From Acidimicrobiia bacterium (GTDB lineage: Bacteria; Actinomycetota; Acidimicrobiia; Actinomarinales; Actinomarinaceae): a stretch of DNA of 64,000 bases. The stretch lies in the NCBI GenBank assembly GCA_028376655.1, contig JAONAZ010000002.1:5029-69028 (forward strand), given 5' to 3'. The notes under the pieces were generated by a model. The model saw only the letters and a list, made by a program, of their open reading frames with translations. It did not search any database and was not told the DNA's origin. The position numbers and the translations under genes are program-made. Below are positions 51,323-60,586 of this stretch, piece after piece. Numbering within the stretch: position 1 is the stretch's first letter; every line of letters begins with the position of its first letter.

Positions 51323-52294
51323 TTAAAATTTAATTACAGTTTTACCAATATTTTTTCTATTTAAAAAATTATTCAGAGCGATCGGTATTTCTTTAATTGA
51401 ATAGATATTTCTTGGGACTATATTAAGTTTACCATCGTTCATGAAACCTATTAGTTCATTAAAGTCTTCAGCTGTCTCTTCAGGTGAAGACTGAGTCCAC
51501 CGTCCCCACCATACTCCAACTATAGAGACACCTTTAACAAGTGTTATGTTTAATGGAATTTTGGGTATTTCTCCCTGTGCGAAACCAATAACAAGAAGTC
51601 TTCCATTCCAAGCTGTTGCACGTAAAGCTTGTTCTGTTATGTCTCCTCCAACAGGATCTATAACAATATCAACACCATTTCCTCCAGTGAGATTTTTAGT
51701 AGATTCTTTTAAGTTTTCTTGATCGTATCTAATTACATGATCGGCACCTAAGTTTTTAACATATTCTTCTTTCTCGTCGGAACCAACTGCTGCAATAATG
51801 TTTAAGCCTAATATTTTACCTAACTGTATTGAGGCGGTACCTACACCACCAGATGCACCGAGAACAAGGAGCGATTCACCCCTTGAAGCATTTGCACGTC
51901 TTTTGAGTGCGTAATACGTTGTTCCATAGTTTATAGGCAAACTTGCCCCTGCGATTGAGCTTATATTATCTGAGATAGGAATAACAAGGTTTTTGTTTAG
52001 GCAAACATATTCTGAAAAACCACCTATTTCTGGTAAACCAATAACTTTCATACCCTTTTTAAAATCAACATTTGAGCCGACTTCTTCTATATACCCACAA
52101 ATCTCATTACCAGGTGTAAATGGAGGATTTACTACAACTTGATATTTTCCTTGTACTAAAAGTGCATCCGGATAATTTACTCCTGCAGCTTCTACTTTTA
52201 CAAGAACTTCGTCTTTTAGTGGTGTAGGTTTTTCTGTATCTTTAATTTGTAGAAGTTCAGGATTTCCTAGTTCTGTACAGATAACTGATTTCAT
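51323..52294 (-). CDS. qor: NADPH:quinone oxidoreductase / MDR-family zeta-crystallin-like reductase
   Basis: MDR pattern with GASGGVGTA Rossmann motif. No structural-zinc Cys cluster. Confidence 0.85.
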   Translation of the reverse strand: MKSVICTELGNPELLQIKDTEKPTPLKDEVLVKVEAAGVNYPDALLVQGKYQVVVNPPFTPGNEICGYIEEVGSNVDFKKGMKVIGLPEIGGFSEYVCLNKNLVIPISDNISSIAGASLPINYGTTYYALKRRANASRGESLLVLGASGGVGTASIQLGKILGLNIIAAVGSDEKEEYVKNLGADHVIRYDQENLKESTKNLTGGNGVDIVIDPVGGDITEQALRATAWNGRLLVIGFAQGEIPKIPLNITLVKGVSIVGVWWGRWTQSSPEETAEDFNELIGFMNDGKLNIVPRNIYSIKEIPIALNNFLNRKNIGKTVIKF

Positions 52295-52381
52295 GCTTTT
52301 CCAATCTTTGACTTCGGATAATTCTATATTTAATATTAATTTTTAACAAAATACTTATACATACAACATTATAAGGGTTGG

Positions 52382-52417
52382 TTTTGAAATCAAAAAATCT
52401 AAAATTTGATTTCAAAA
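52382..52417 (-). terminator. Perfect 13-bp AT-rich inverted repeat downstream of the thiolase gene
   Basis: TTTTGAAATCAAA-(10 nt)-TTTGATTTCAAAA in the spacer between the thiolase stop and the qor start. Could act as a terminator or an operator. Confidence 0.4.
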
Positions 52418-52436
52418 AATTATTAATTATTTTAAT

Positions 52437-53615
52437 TTATATAACTTCAAATAATCCTGCAGCACCCATACCGCCACCGACACACATGGTGACAACAACG
52501 AATTTAGCATTTCGTCTTTTACCTTCAATAAGTGCATGCATTGTCATTCTTGCACCAGTCATACCATATGGATGACCAATAGAAATCGAACCACCGTTAA
52601 CATTGTAAATACTTGGGTCAATACCAAGTTCATCTCTACAATATAAGGCCTGTACAGCAAATGCTTCATTTAGTTCCCAAAGACCTATATCTTCAACTGA
52701 AAGATTAAACTTATTTAATAAATTTGGTACCGCCAATACAGGACCTATACCCATTTCTTCAGGTGCTAATGCCGATACAGTCATCCCTCTATAGTAACCA
52801 AGAGGATTTAGACCTTTTTCTTCTGCTTGTTTAGCCTCCATCATGACGACTGAAGCTGAACCATCTGAAAGCTGTGAGGCATTACCAGCGGAAATAAATT
52901 TACCTTCACCATACACTGCAGGTAAAGAAGAGAGTCCTTCTAAGGTTGTTTGCGGTCTATTGCCTTCATCTTTAGTTAGTTCAACAACCTCTTCAGTAAC
53001 TTCGCCAGTTTCTTTATTTTTAACAATTTTTGTTGAGGTTGTGGCAACTATTTCATCATCAAATTTACCTGCTTCTTGTGCAGCAGCAGTTCTCATTTGA
53101 CTTTCTAATGAGTATTCATCCTGAGCGTCTCTTGAAACTTTATATTTTTCTGCGACATGGTCAGCTGTTTCAATCATTGGCATATATGCATGTTGTTGCA
53201 TATCTAAAACTAATGGATCAGAGTTAAGTCTGAAATCAGCTGTTTGAACAAGTGATATGGATTCTATCCCACCTGCAACTACAACTTCCATATTGTCTGT
53301 AATAATTTGTTTTGCACCGGTAGCAATTGCCATCAGTCCGGAAGAACACTGCCTGTCAATTGTCATACCAGGTACTGAGTCTGGTAAACCAGCTGCCATG
53401 CCGCTTAATCTTCCAATATTTAATGCTTGAGTGCCTTGCTGTTGAGCACAGCCCATAATTACATCTTCTATTTGTGTAGGTTCAATACCAGCACGTGAAA
53501 TTGCTTCTTTAATAGAATATGAACCAAGTGTAGGAGCACCAGTATTGTTATAAGCTCCTCTATATGCTTTACCAATAGGTGTTCTTGCTGCCGATACTAT
53601 TACTGCTTCTCTCAT
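52437..53615 (-). CDS. fadA: Acetyl-CoA C-acyltransferase (thiolase)
   Basis: Active-site Cys (DRQCSSGL), His ([10 protein letters not shown]) and the second Cys (CVGGGMGAA). Confidence 0.95.
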   Translation of the reverse strand: MREAVIVSAARTPIGKAYRGAYNNTGAPTLGSYSIKEAISRAGIEPTQIEDVIMGCAQQQGTQALNIGRLSGMAAGLPDSVPGMTIDRQCSSGLMAIATGAKQIITDNMEVVVAGGIESISLVQTADFRLNSDPLVLDMQQHAYMPMIETADHVAEKYKVSRDAQDEYSLESQMRTAAAQEAGKFDDEIVATTSTKIVKNKETGEVTEEVVELTKDEGNRPQTTLEGLSSLPAVYGEGKFISAGNASQLSDGSASVVMMEAKQAEEKGLNPLGYYRGMTVSALAPEEMGIGPVLAVPNLLNKFNLSVEDIGLWELNEAFAVQALYCRDELGIDPSIYNVNGGSISIGHPYGMTGARMTMHALIEGKRRNAKFVVVTMCVGGGMGAAGLFEVI

Positions 53616-53636
53616 ATTTTCTCCTTAAATCGATTT

Positions 53637-54104
53637 CTATTCTTTGACTATATATAAAGTTAAAGTTTCAATTATTGCTGCTGGCTTTTCTACACCGTCT
53701 ATTTCAATAGTTACTGAGGTTTTTACTAGCCATCTACCATTTTTTTTATACTGTGCATCAGTTAAAACGAAACGTCCTCTAATTTTACTATCAACGGGGA
53801 CAGCTTCCATAAATCGAACTTTATCAGACCCATAATTAACAGCTGTTTGCATTTCTGCTGGCATAAATCCTGAAGTTGCCGACATATAGGAAACTAAGCT
53901 TAATGTTAGAAAACCATGCGCTATTGTTGTATCCCAAGGTGTTGGGGCTGATTTGGCTAGTTCTGGATCTACATGTATAAATTGATGATCATTTGTTGCA
54001 TCTGCAAATTTATTAATTCTTTCTTGAGTAACTTCTATCCACTCTGAAAGGCCAATTTCTTCACCAATATGGTTTTTAAGTTCGTTTGCTGGAATAACGT
54101 TCAT
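53637..54104 (-). CDS. MaoC-like (R)-specific enoyl-CoA hydratase
   Basis: Hotdog fold with a hydratase-2-like block (DHQFIHVDPELA...TIAHG). Confidence 0.85.
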   Translation of the reverse strand: MNVIPANELKNHIGEEIGLSEWIEVTQERINKFADATNDHQFIHVDPELAKSAPTPWDTTIAHGFLTLSLVSYMSATSGFMPAEMQTAVNYGSDKVRFMEAVPVDSKIRGRFVLTDAQYKKNGRWLVKTSVTIEIDGVEKPAAIIETLTLYIVKE

Positions 54105-55147
54105 AAAATCTCCTCTAACAAATTTTTATTAGATGCCTTTTTAGCAAAATTAAATGTACTTTCTCCAAATGCATCTATCTCTTTTTTATCTACATCACCA
54201 TAATAACCAAGTGAATATCTTACGTATACACCTTCCATGATCATGGCATGTTTCCAAAATGATAATCTTATATAGAACTCAATATCTCGCAAGCTTAGAG
54301 AAGATTCATGTTCATAAATAGAAAGTATCTGGTTTCTACTTAAAAAGCCGGGACTCAAAGATGGAGAATAAATAAAAGGTGTATCCTTCTCTTCCAAGTT
54401 TGACCAGGAAGCTATCACCGTTCCGAGGTCAGCTAATGGGTCACCTAAAGTGCATAATTCCCAATCTAAAATTGCTGTTACCTCACTATCTTTAATTCTC
54501 ACATTATCTAATCGATAATCACCATGTACAATACGTACACTTTGTTGATTTGGAATTGAATTAAACAAAATATCAGTTGCTTTATTTAAATCGATTATAT
54601 CTCTTATCTTTTGTGCATCGAATTGTTTACTCCATCTTGTGAGTTGCCTTTCAACATAATCTTCATGCTTTCCCAAATCACTTAGTTTTGAATTAACTAC
54701 ATCATAACTATGAAGTTCTGCTGCAGCTCTTATGAAAGATTTTGATATTTTTTCTTTTTGATTTTTAGAATATTTATTTGCAATAATATTATCTGATATT
54801 GTTTCTCCATCTATGTACTCCATAATATAAAAATCCTCATCACAAATATTTCTATCAGAACATAATGAGATTACTTTTGGAACCTTGATTTTACTTTTAT
54901 ATAATTCAGAAATAATCTTATACTCCCTCTTCATGTTGTGAGCAGATTCAAGCTTATTCCCAAAAGGGGGTCTTCTTAGTACATACTGATAAATTCCATC
55001 TTCAATTTTAAATGTTATGTTTGACCTTCCAACTTTGAATTGTTCAAATGTAAAGTTCCTATCAAGTTCAGTCACTGATGAAATATATTCACGTAATTTG
55101 TTATCAAAAAAGTCCATGCAATAATATATTACATAAAGATTGTTCAC
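54101..55147 (-). CDS. APH-family phosphotransferase (ACAD10/11 kinase-domain-like, LvaA-like)
   Basis: Kinase catalytic loop IVHGDYRLDNV and the DWELCTLGDP block. The ATG at 55117 (MDFFDNKL) is the more likely start. Confidence 0.8.
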   Translation of the reverse strand: MNNLYVIYYCMDFFDNKLREYISSVTELDRNFTFEQFKVGRSNITFKIEDGIYQYVLRRPPFGNKLESAHNMKREYKIISELYKSKIKVPKVISLCSDRNICDEDFYIMEYIDGETISDNIIANKYSKNQKEKISKSFIRAAAELHSYDVVNSKLSDLGKHEDYVERQLTRWSKQFDAQKIRDIIDLNKATDILFNSIPNQQSVRIVHGDYRLDNVRIKDSEVTAILDWELCTLGDPLADLGTVIASWSNLEEKDTPFIYSPSLSPGFLSRNQILSIYEHESSLSLRDIEFYIRLSFWKHAMIMEGVYVRYSLGYYGDVDKKEIDAFGESTFNFAKKASNKNLLEEIL

Positions 55148-55174
55148 GAGAGTTAATTATTGATAGAATAAATT

Positions 55175-56380
55175 GTGGATTTTAATTACTCAGAAAAATC
55201 ATTAGATTTACAAAAAAGATTACATAAATTCTTTGAAGAACATATTTATCCAAATGAACAAGCTTATGATTTAGAAATTGAAGAATCGGGTAATTCGCTT
55301 CACATACCGCAAATTCTTGACAAACTTAAAGACTTAGCAAAAGCTGAGGGTTTGTGGAATTTATTTCTACCAGATATTGAATATGGTGCTGGACTGACGA
55401 ATGTCGAGTATGCACCACTTGCCGAGATTACAGGCAAGGTCTGGTGGGCACCAGAGGTATTTAATTGTTCAGCTCCAGATACTGGAAATATGGAAGTTCT
55501 GTATGATTTTGGCACAGAAGAGCAAAAAGAAGAGTGGTTAAAACCATTACTAGAGGGTTCAATAAGGTCATGTTTTGCCATGACAGAACCTGATGTAGCT
55601 TCATCTGATGCAACAAATATTAGTAGCTCTATTGTAAGTAAGGGTGATAACTACATTATAAACGGACGTAAATGGTGGACATCAAATGCTATTAATCCCA
55701 GAGCTAAAATATGTATATTTATGGGTGTTACAAATCCTGAAAATGCACCTCATCAAAGACAAAGTCAAATACTGGTACCAATGGATACTGAAGGAATCTC
55801 TATCCTTAGACCTATGCAGGTCTATGGCTACGATGATGGTTATACAGGACATCCCGAACTTTTATTTGAAAATGTGGTTATTCCAAAAAAGAATATTATA
55901 GGGGGTGAGGGTTTAGGATTTAAAATAGCCCAAGCAAGATTAGGCCCCGGAAGAATTCATCACTGTATGAGGGCTATAGGCATGGCTGAACGAGCACTAG
56001 AGCTTATGATCAATAGATCTTTATCAAGAGAAGCTTTTGGAAAACAATTAGCCGATCAAGGAGTTATTCAAGAGTGGATTGCAAAATCAAGAATTAAAAT
56101 TGAAGAAGCAAGATTGTTAACGCTAAAGACAGCATGGCTTATAGACACATATGGAAAGGAAGAGGCCAAAATAGAAATTTCTTCAATTAAAGTAACAGTT
56201 GTTGAAGCTGCATCTTATGTTATCGACAAAGCTATTCAAACACATGGTGCAATGGGCCTCTCTCAAGACACACCTTTGGCAAAAATGGCTGCAGGAGCTA
56301 GGGTTTTAAGAATCGCTGATGGACCAGATGAAGTACATTTAAGATCAATAGCTAGAAGAGAAATTAACAAACATAGATGA
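55175..56380 (+). CDS. Acyl-CoA dehydrogenase, FadE2/ACAD10-11 type
   Basis: N-terminal GLWNLFLP...[15 protein letters not shown] block typical of this subfamily. ACAD core blocks and C-terminal ADGPDEVH are present. GTG start. Confidence 0.88.
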   Translation: MDFNYSEKSLDLQKRLHKFFEEHIYPNEQAYDLEIEESGNSLHIPQILDKLKDLAKAEGLWNLFLPDIEYGAGLTNVEYAPLAEITGKVWWAPEVFNCSAPDTGNMEVLYDFGTEEQKEEWLKPLLEGSIRSCFAMTEPDVASSDATNISSSIVSKGDNYIINGRKWWTSNAINPRAKICIFMGVTNPENAPHQRQSQILVPMDTEGISILRPMQVYGYDDGYTGHPELLFENVVIPKKNIIGGEGLGFKIAQARLGPGRIHHCMRAIGMAERALELMINRSLSREAFGKQLADQGVIQEWIAKSRIKIEEARLLTLKTAWLIDTYGKEEAKIEISSIKVTVVEAASYVIDKAIQTHGAMGLSQDTPLAKMAAGARVLRIADGPDEVHLRSIARREINKHR

Positions 56381-57237
56381 ATGAAAAAATTGGTGTAATT
56401 GGTGGCGGACAAATGGGAAGTCAAATCGCATCATTGTCTGCAATGGCTGGCTATCAAACTCACATCTTTGATCAAGATGTAGAAAATGTAACTACTAAAT
56501 TAAAATTTGCAGAAGATAATCTTAAAAACCTTATTTCTAAAAATATATACAACGAAGATCATCTAAAAAACTTTAAGAAAAATCTTCATTTAGCTGAGAG
56601 CATTCATTCATTAGCCGAGGACAAGACTTTTATAATAGAAGCTGTAGTTGAAAGACTAGAAGTTAAGCTTGAGATTTTTTCACAACTTTCAGAAATAACA
56701 GATTCTGAAGTTGTCTTGGCAACAAATAGTTCTTTTATAGCTGCATCTGAAATTGCTAAAGACTGTAATCACAAAGATAGATTTATAAATATGCACTTTT
56801 TTTATCCACCATTAAGAATGGATCTCGTCGAAATCTCATATCCTGAGTCAACTTCCAAAGAAGTTATTTTAAGAACCCAATCTGTAGGAAGGTCAATGGG
56901 AAGATCTATCGTTACTTTGAAGAAGGAAACTCCTGGATTTATTGTTAATAGAATGCTTGCAGCTCTTGTAGATGAAGCTTATGAACTATATGATGAAGGC
57001 ATTGCTGATTTTGAAGATATAGATTTAGCAATTAAGAAGGGTTTAAATCATCCTTTAGGACCTTTTGAAATTTCTGATTATTCAGGATTAGATATCCATT
57101 ATTATGCAAAATTAAAAATTTATAACGAAACTAAAAATCCTAAAGATTATCCCAAGAAATTTTTAGAGAAAAAAATTGAGGATGGAAATCTAGGTGTTAA
57201 AACAGGAAAAGGTTTTTACGATTATAAAAAAGATTAA
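56377..57237 (+). CDS. 3-hydroxyacyl-CoA dehydrogenase (Hbd/FadB-type, NAD-binding)
   Basis: [14 protein letters not shown] Rossmann motif, a 3HCDH C-domain (PGFIVNR, GPFE..D..GLD), and KTGKGFYDY at the end. Confidence 0.9.
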   Translation: MNEKIGVIGGGQMGSQIASLSAMAGYQTHIFDQDVENVTTKLKFAEDNLKNLISKNIYNEDHLKNFKKNLHLAESIHSLAEDKTFIIEAVVERLEVKLEIFSQLSEITDSEVVLATNSSFIAASEIAKDCNHKDRFINMHFFYPPLRMDLVEISYPESTSKEVILRTQSVGRSMGRSIVTLKKETPGFIVNRMLAALVDEAYELYDEGIADFEDIDLAIKKGLNHPLGPFEISDYSGLDIHYYAKLKIYNETKNPKDYPKKFLEKKIEDGNLGVKTGKGFYDYKKD

Positions 57238-57647
57238 TTAGTAAAATCTTCTTCTTTTATATTAAAAAAGAATTCTCTTTCCGCCAATATCTTCAATACA
57301 ATTCTTTCTGTTTGTATTGAAAAAGGGTACGGTTTTCCAAAGTATTTTTCAGATAAATCTTGAATATTTGCAACCGCTTCATCGCCTGTTATTTCATCGA
57401 CAACTTTACCTCTTACTTCAACGAATTTAAAGGCATCATCATGTTTCCATATCATAACACTTACTCTCGGATCTTTTTTAATATTTTTATACTTAACTCG
57501 ATGTATTTCAGTGTTAATTAAGAGATGTTCCCCATCAGTATCAACCCACATAGTATGTGTTTGTGGTGACCCATCTTCAAATAAAGTTGTTAATGCTGCA
57601 TAATTTGGACCTTGGGCCATTTTGATTGTTTTTATGTCTAAAGCCAT
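57234..57647 (-). CDS. PPOX-class (probable F420-dependent) pyridoxamine-5'-phosphate-oxidase-family protein
   Basis: 137 aa split-barrel pattern (YAALTTL..DGSPQ...W, DPRVSV, VEVRG). Confidence 0.6.
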   Translation of the reverse strand: MALDIKTIKMAQGPNYAALTTLFEDGSPQTHTMWVDTDGEHLLINTEIHRVKYKNIKKDPRVSVMIWKHDDAFKFVEVRGKVVDEITGDEAVANIQDLSEKYFGKPYPFSIQTERIVLKILAEREFFFNIKEEDFTN

Positions 57648-57669
57648 ATAATTACTTTAATATAATCAT

Positions 57670-58125
57670 ATGAAAGTTGTACTTCAACGTGTTAAATCTG
57701 CAAATGTAACAATAGAAGAAATAATTTTTTCAGAGATCCAACAAGGTATGGTTTTACTCTGGGGTATTAAAAGAGATGACACCATTAAAGATGCTGATGT
57801 ACTAATTAAAAAAATTGGAAATATGAGGGTATTTTCAGATGACTTTGGAAAAATGAATAAATCAATAAAAGATATTGATGGTCAATTTCTATTAGTGAGT
57901 CAGTTCACACTATTAGGAAATATTTCAAAAGGAAATAGACCATCTTTTATTGATGCAGAGGAACCAATTAGAGCCGAGAAAATACTTTCTTATATTTCAA
58001 AAGAGTTAACTACATATGCAGAAGTAAGTGAGGGAAAATTTGGAGCAAATATGAATATTTCACTTGAGAATGATGGTCCTGTAACAATAGTTTTAGAATC
58101 TGAAAATGGACAGCTAAAAATTTAA
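57670..58125 (+). CDS. dtd: D-aminoacyl-tRNA deacylase
   Basis: MKVVLQRV..., SQFTL, and the NDGPVT motif near the C-terminus. Confidence 0.92.
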   Translation: MKVVLQRVKSANVTIEEIIFSEIQQGMVLLWGIKRDDTIKDADVLIKKIGNMRVFSDDFGKMNKSIKDIDGQFLLVSQFTLLGNISKGNRPSFIDAEEPIRAEKILSYISKELTTYAEVSEGKFGANMNISLENDGPVTIVLESENGQLKI

Positions 58126-58550
58126 GCTGACTGAAGTTTTATTTTATTTGAATCTTTTTCACCAGATAATTTTTTATCAAGATAGTATTCGCTACCGGCC
58201 CAAAGATGGAGTCCTAAACCAATTTTCATTGCACATCTTTTGAACGAATCAGATTCTGCATGTTTTGCATTTGTACCATCATTACCTTGATCATTTTCAA
58301 CATCTCCGATGGCTGTAACTGTGACAAGTTTTCCATCTACATCTACAGTAAGTTTTCCAAAACATCCAACTACTTTACCTTGTTTTTCTTCTCTAATTAA
58401 TTCAACAACTTCCCAGTTGAATGGTCCGCATACTTCGAGCAATCTTTGTGTAATAACTGAATGGGGGATGTAGTTCCCAAACTTCCCCTTAGGTGCTTTT
58501 TTTACCCATTCATCTGGGAATTGTCTTGATAGCTCATATAGTTGATTCAT
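58122..58550 (-). CDS. Rad52/Sak-family single-strand annealing protein
   Basis: By eye it is colinear with the Rad52 N-terminal core. [22 protein letters not shown] matches RAD52 [31 protein letters not shown]...DG...GDVE is also shared. [20 protein letters not shown] matches [20 protein letters not shown]. The RAD52 sequence is recalled from memory. Confidence 0.65.
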   Translation of the reverse strand: [142 protein letters not shown]

Positions 58551-59113
58551 TTTTTTCTTCTTTCATTATGTTTTAAATCTTTTGCCCATAGAGGTGCTGA
58601 AGTATTGTTTACATTTATAGATTTTAGATCGGGTTTATCTTTCCATTCTTTATGTAGGAAAGTGTCCCTTATCATCTCTGTATTTTGATTCCTACCTGAA
58701 GCAACCGCATCAAGACCTTTTAGTTTTGGAACAAAATTTTGACCCATGATTGAGACTAAAGCTTGGCAAAGTTCTTCATTGTCTGTTGACTTTTCTATTA
58801 TCCAATTTACTAAATTTTTTAAATCTTGAACTTTCCAGGTGTAAGATTTATTGAAAACAAATACTTCATCTCCAAGCCTAACAGCACCACTGTCCTCGAT
58901 ATTTTTTGCCATCTTTTGATCACTAAAAGTCTTAATATCTCTACTGGTATTTTTAACAAGATTAGTTGTGCTTCTTGCTACCCAAAGAAATTCTAAATCA
59001 TCCGTGTTTGATAATTCTTCACCATACTTTGTAACTGTTAAATCCAGTTCTTCAGTGTCTTGAGCTGATACTTCTTTTGTTAGTTCAAGAATATGATCTA
59101 AATTGTTAGTCAT
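58547..59113 (-). CDS. Hypothetical protein, partner of the Rad52-like gene
   Basis: 188 aa with an AGGAG Shine-Dalgarno. 4-nt overlap with the downstream SSAP gene. No family recognised. Confidence 0.6.
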   Translation of the reverse strand: MTNNLDHILELTKEVSAQDTEELDLTVTKYGEELSNTDDLEFLWVARSTTNLVKNTSRDIKTFSDQKMAKNIEDSGAVRLGDEVFVFNKSYTWKVQDLKNLVNWIIEKSTDNEELCQALVSIMGQNFVPKLKGLDAVASGRNQNTEMIRDTFLHKEWKDKPDLKSINVNNTSAPLWAKDLKHNERRKK

Positions 59114-59126
59114 TTTTTCTCCTAAA

Positions 59127-59243
59127 TTAAGCAGCCTCTTTGACTACATTATGGCAATTACAATTATCATTATGGTTTTCACACAAGACAATTGTTTCTA
59201 TACCTATCATATTTAGGATATCTTCTATTTTATTATTTTTCAT
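59127..59243 (-). CDS. Possible 38-aa Cys/His-containing micro-protein
   Basis: My own translation: MKNNKIEDILNMIGIETIVLCENHNDNCNCHNVVKEAA. Ends 13 nt upstream of the 188-aa ORF on the same strand. No clear SD, so speculative. Confidence 0.2.
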   Translation of the reverse strand: MKNNKIEDILNMIGIETIVLCENHNDNCNCHNVVKEAA

Positions 59244-59323
59244 ACTTGAAATATAGAATTCAGGTGTGACAAAAAACCCTTTTTAGGTGAAGTTTATAAA
59301 TATTTGCAATACAATAACTTATA

Positions 59324-60586
59324 ATGGCAAATGTTCAGTTATTTGACTCTCACATGTACACAGAAGTTATTAGGCAGTACGAAGAGGTAGCTGAGTTAAT
59401 AAATTTAGATCCAAATATAAGAGAGCGATTAAAGCACCCTCAAAGAGCTCTCATCGTTACATTCCCATTTAGACGTGATGAGTATGAAGAAGTGGAAACA
59501 GTTGTTGGATATAGAGTTCAACATGTACTTTCTATGGGGCCAACTAAAGGTGGTATTAGGTACGCTCCAGATGTGAACTTAGGAGAGGTCACCGCACTAT
59601 CTATATTAATGTCTTGGAAGTCAGCAATAGTTGGGTTACCTTTTGGGGGTGCCAAGGGCGGCGTCGCAATAGATCCTACATCTCTAACACGTGGAGAAAA
59701 GCAGAGGGTTACTCGACGATATACTGCTGAGTTACTTCCTGTTATAGGTGTAGAGAAAGATATCCCAGCACCTGACTTGGGTACTGATGAACAAACCATG
59801 GCTTGGATTATGGATACATATAGCAACTTTGTTGGATCACCCCAGCCTGGTATTGTCACAGGTAAACCTGCTGCACTTGGTGGTTCCGTTACGAGAAGAG
59901 AGGCAACCGGAAGAGGGGCTATTGCTGTAACAGCTCAAGCAATGGACAAGATCCATAAAACATATAAAGGATCTAATGTTGTTATCCAAGGTTTCGGAAA
60001 CGTTGGACGGTATGCAGCTCTTGATTCATATGAAAGAGGAGCAAAGGTTATTGCGATAAATGATCTCGGTGGCGGTATCATTAATCCTGAAGGAATTAAT
60101 ATTCCAGAGCTTTTTAAACATACTGCTAAATATCACTCTGTAGCAGGATTTGAAGGAGCAGATGTATTATCAGAAAATATTTTAGAAGTTGAGTGTGACG
60201 TCTTAATACCAGCAGCCGTAGGGGGAGTGATTACAACCTCGAATGTCAATAAAATTAGAGCACACGTCATTGTCGAAGCTGCAAACTCTCCAACTACCGT
60301 TAGCGCTGATAAGATATTAAAAGATAATAATGTATTAGTTATTCCCGATATTTTGGCAAATGCTGGAGGAGTTACAGCATCTTATTTCGAATGGGTTCAA
60401 AATCGACAAAATTATTTGTGGAAAGAAAAAGATTTATATGAAAAATTAATTGACACAATGACTTCAGCATTTGAAGAAGTATGGACAATATCACAAAAAA
60501 ATAAATGCGACTTAAGGACAGCAGCTTTAATAAAAGGAATCAAGAGAGTTGCAGCAGCAAAGTTAACTAGAGGATTATTTCCCTAA
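59324..60586 (+). CDS. gdhA: Glutamate dehydrogenase
   Basis: GDH blocks GPTKGGIRY, PFGGAKGG (catalytic Lys) and GFGNVG Rossmann. 420 aa. Confidence 0.95.
   Translation: MANVQLFDSHMYTEVIRQYEEVAELINLDPNIRERLKHPQRALIVTFPFRRDEYEEVETVVGYRVQHVLSMGPTKGGIRYAPDVNLGEVTALSILMSWKSAIVGLPFGGAKGGVAIDPTSLTRGEKQRVTRRYTAELLPVIGVEKDIPAPDLGTDEQTMAWIMDTYSNFVGSPQPGIVTGKPAALGGSVTRREATGRGAIAVTAQAMDKIHKTYKGSNVVIQGFGNVGRYAALDSYERGAKVIAINDLGGGIINPEGINIPELFKHTAKYHSVAGFEGADVLSENILEVECDVLIPAAVGGVITTSNVNKIRAHVIVEAANSPTTVSADKILKDNNVLVIPDILANAGGVTASYFEWVQNRQNYLWKEKDLYEKLIDTMTSAFEEVWTISQKNKCDLRTAALIKGIKRVAAAKLTRGLFP

Noticed and set aside
52378-52575. 65-aa plus-strand ORF
   Set aside because: It starts in the AT-rich hairpin spacer and runs antisense into the thiolase gene. 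No supporting features.
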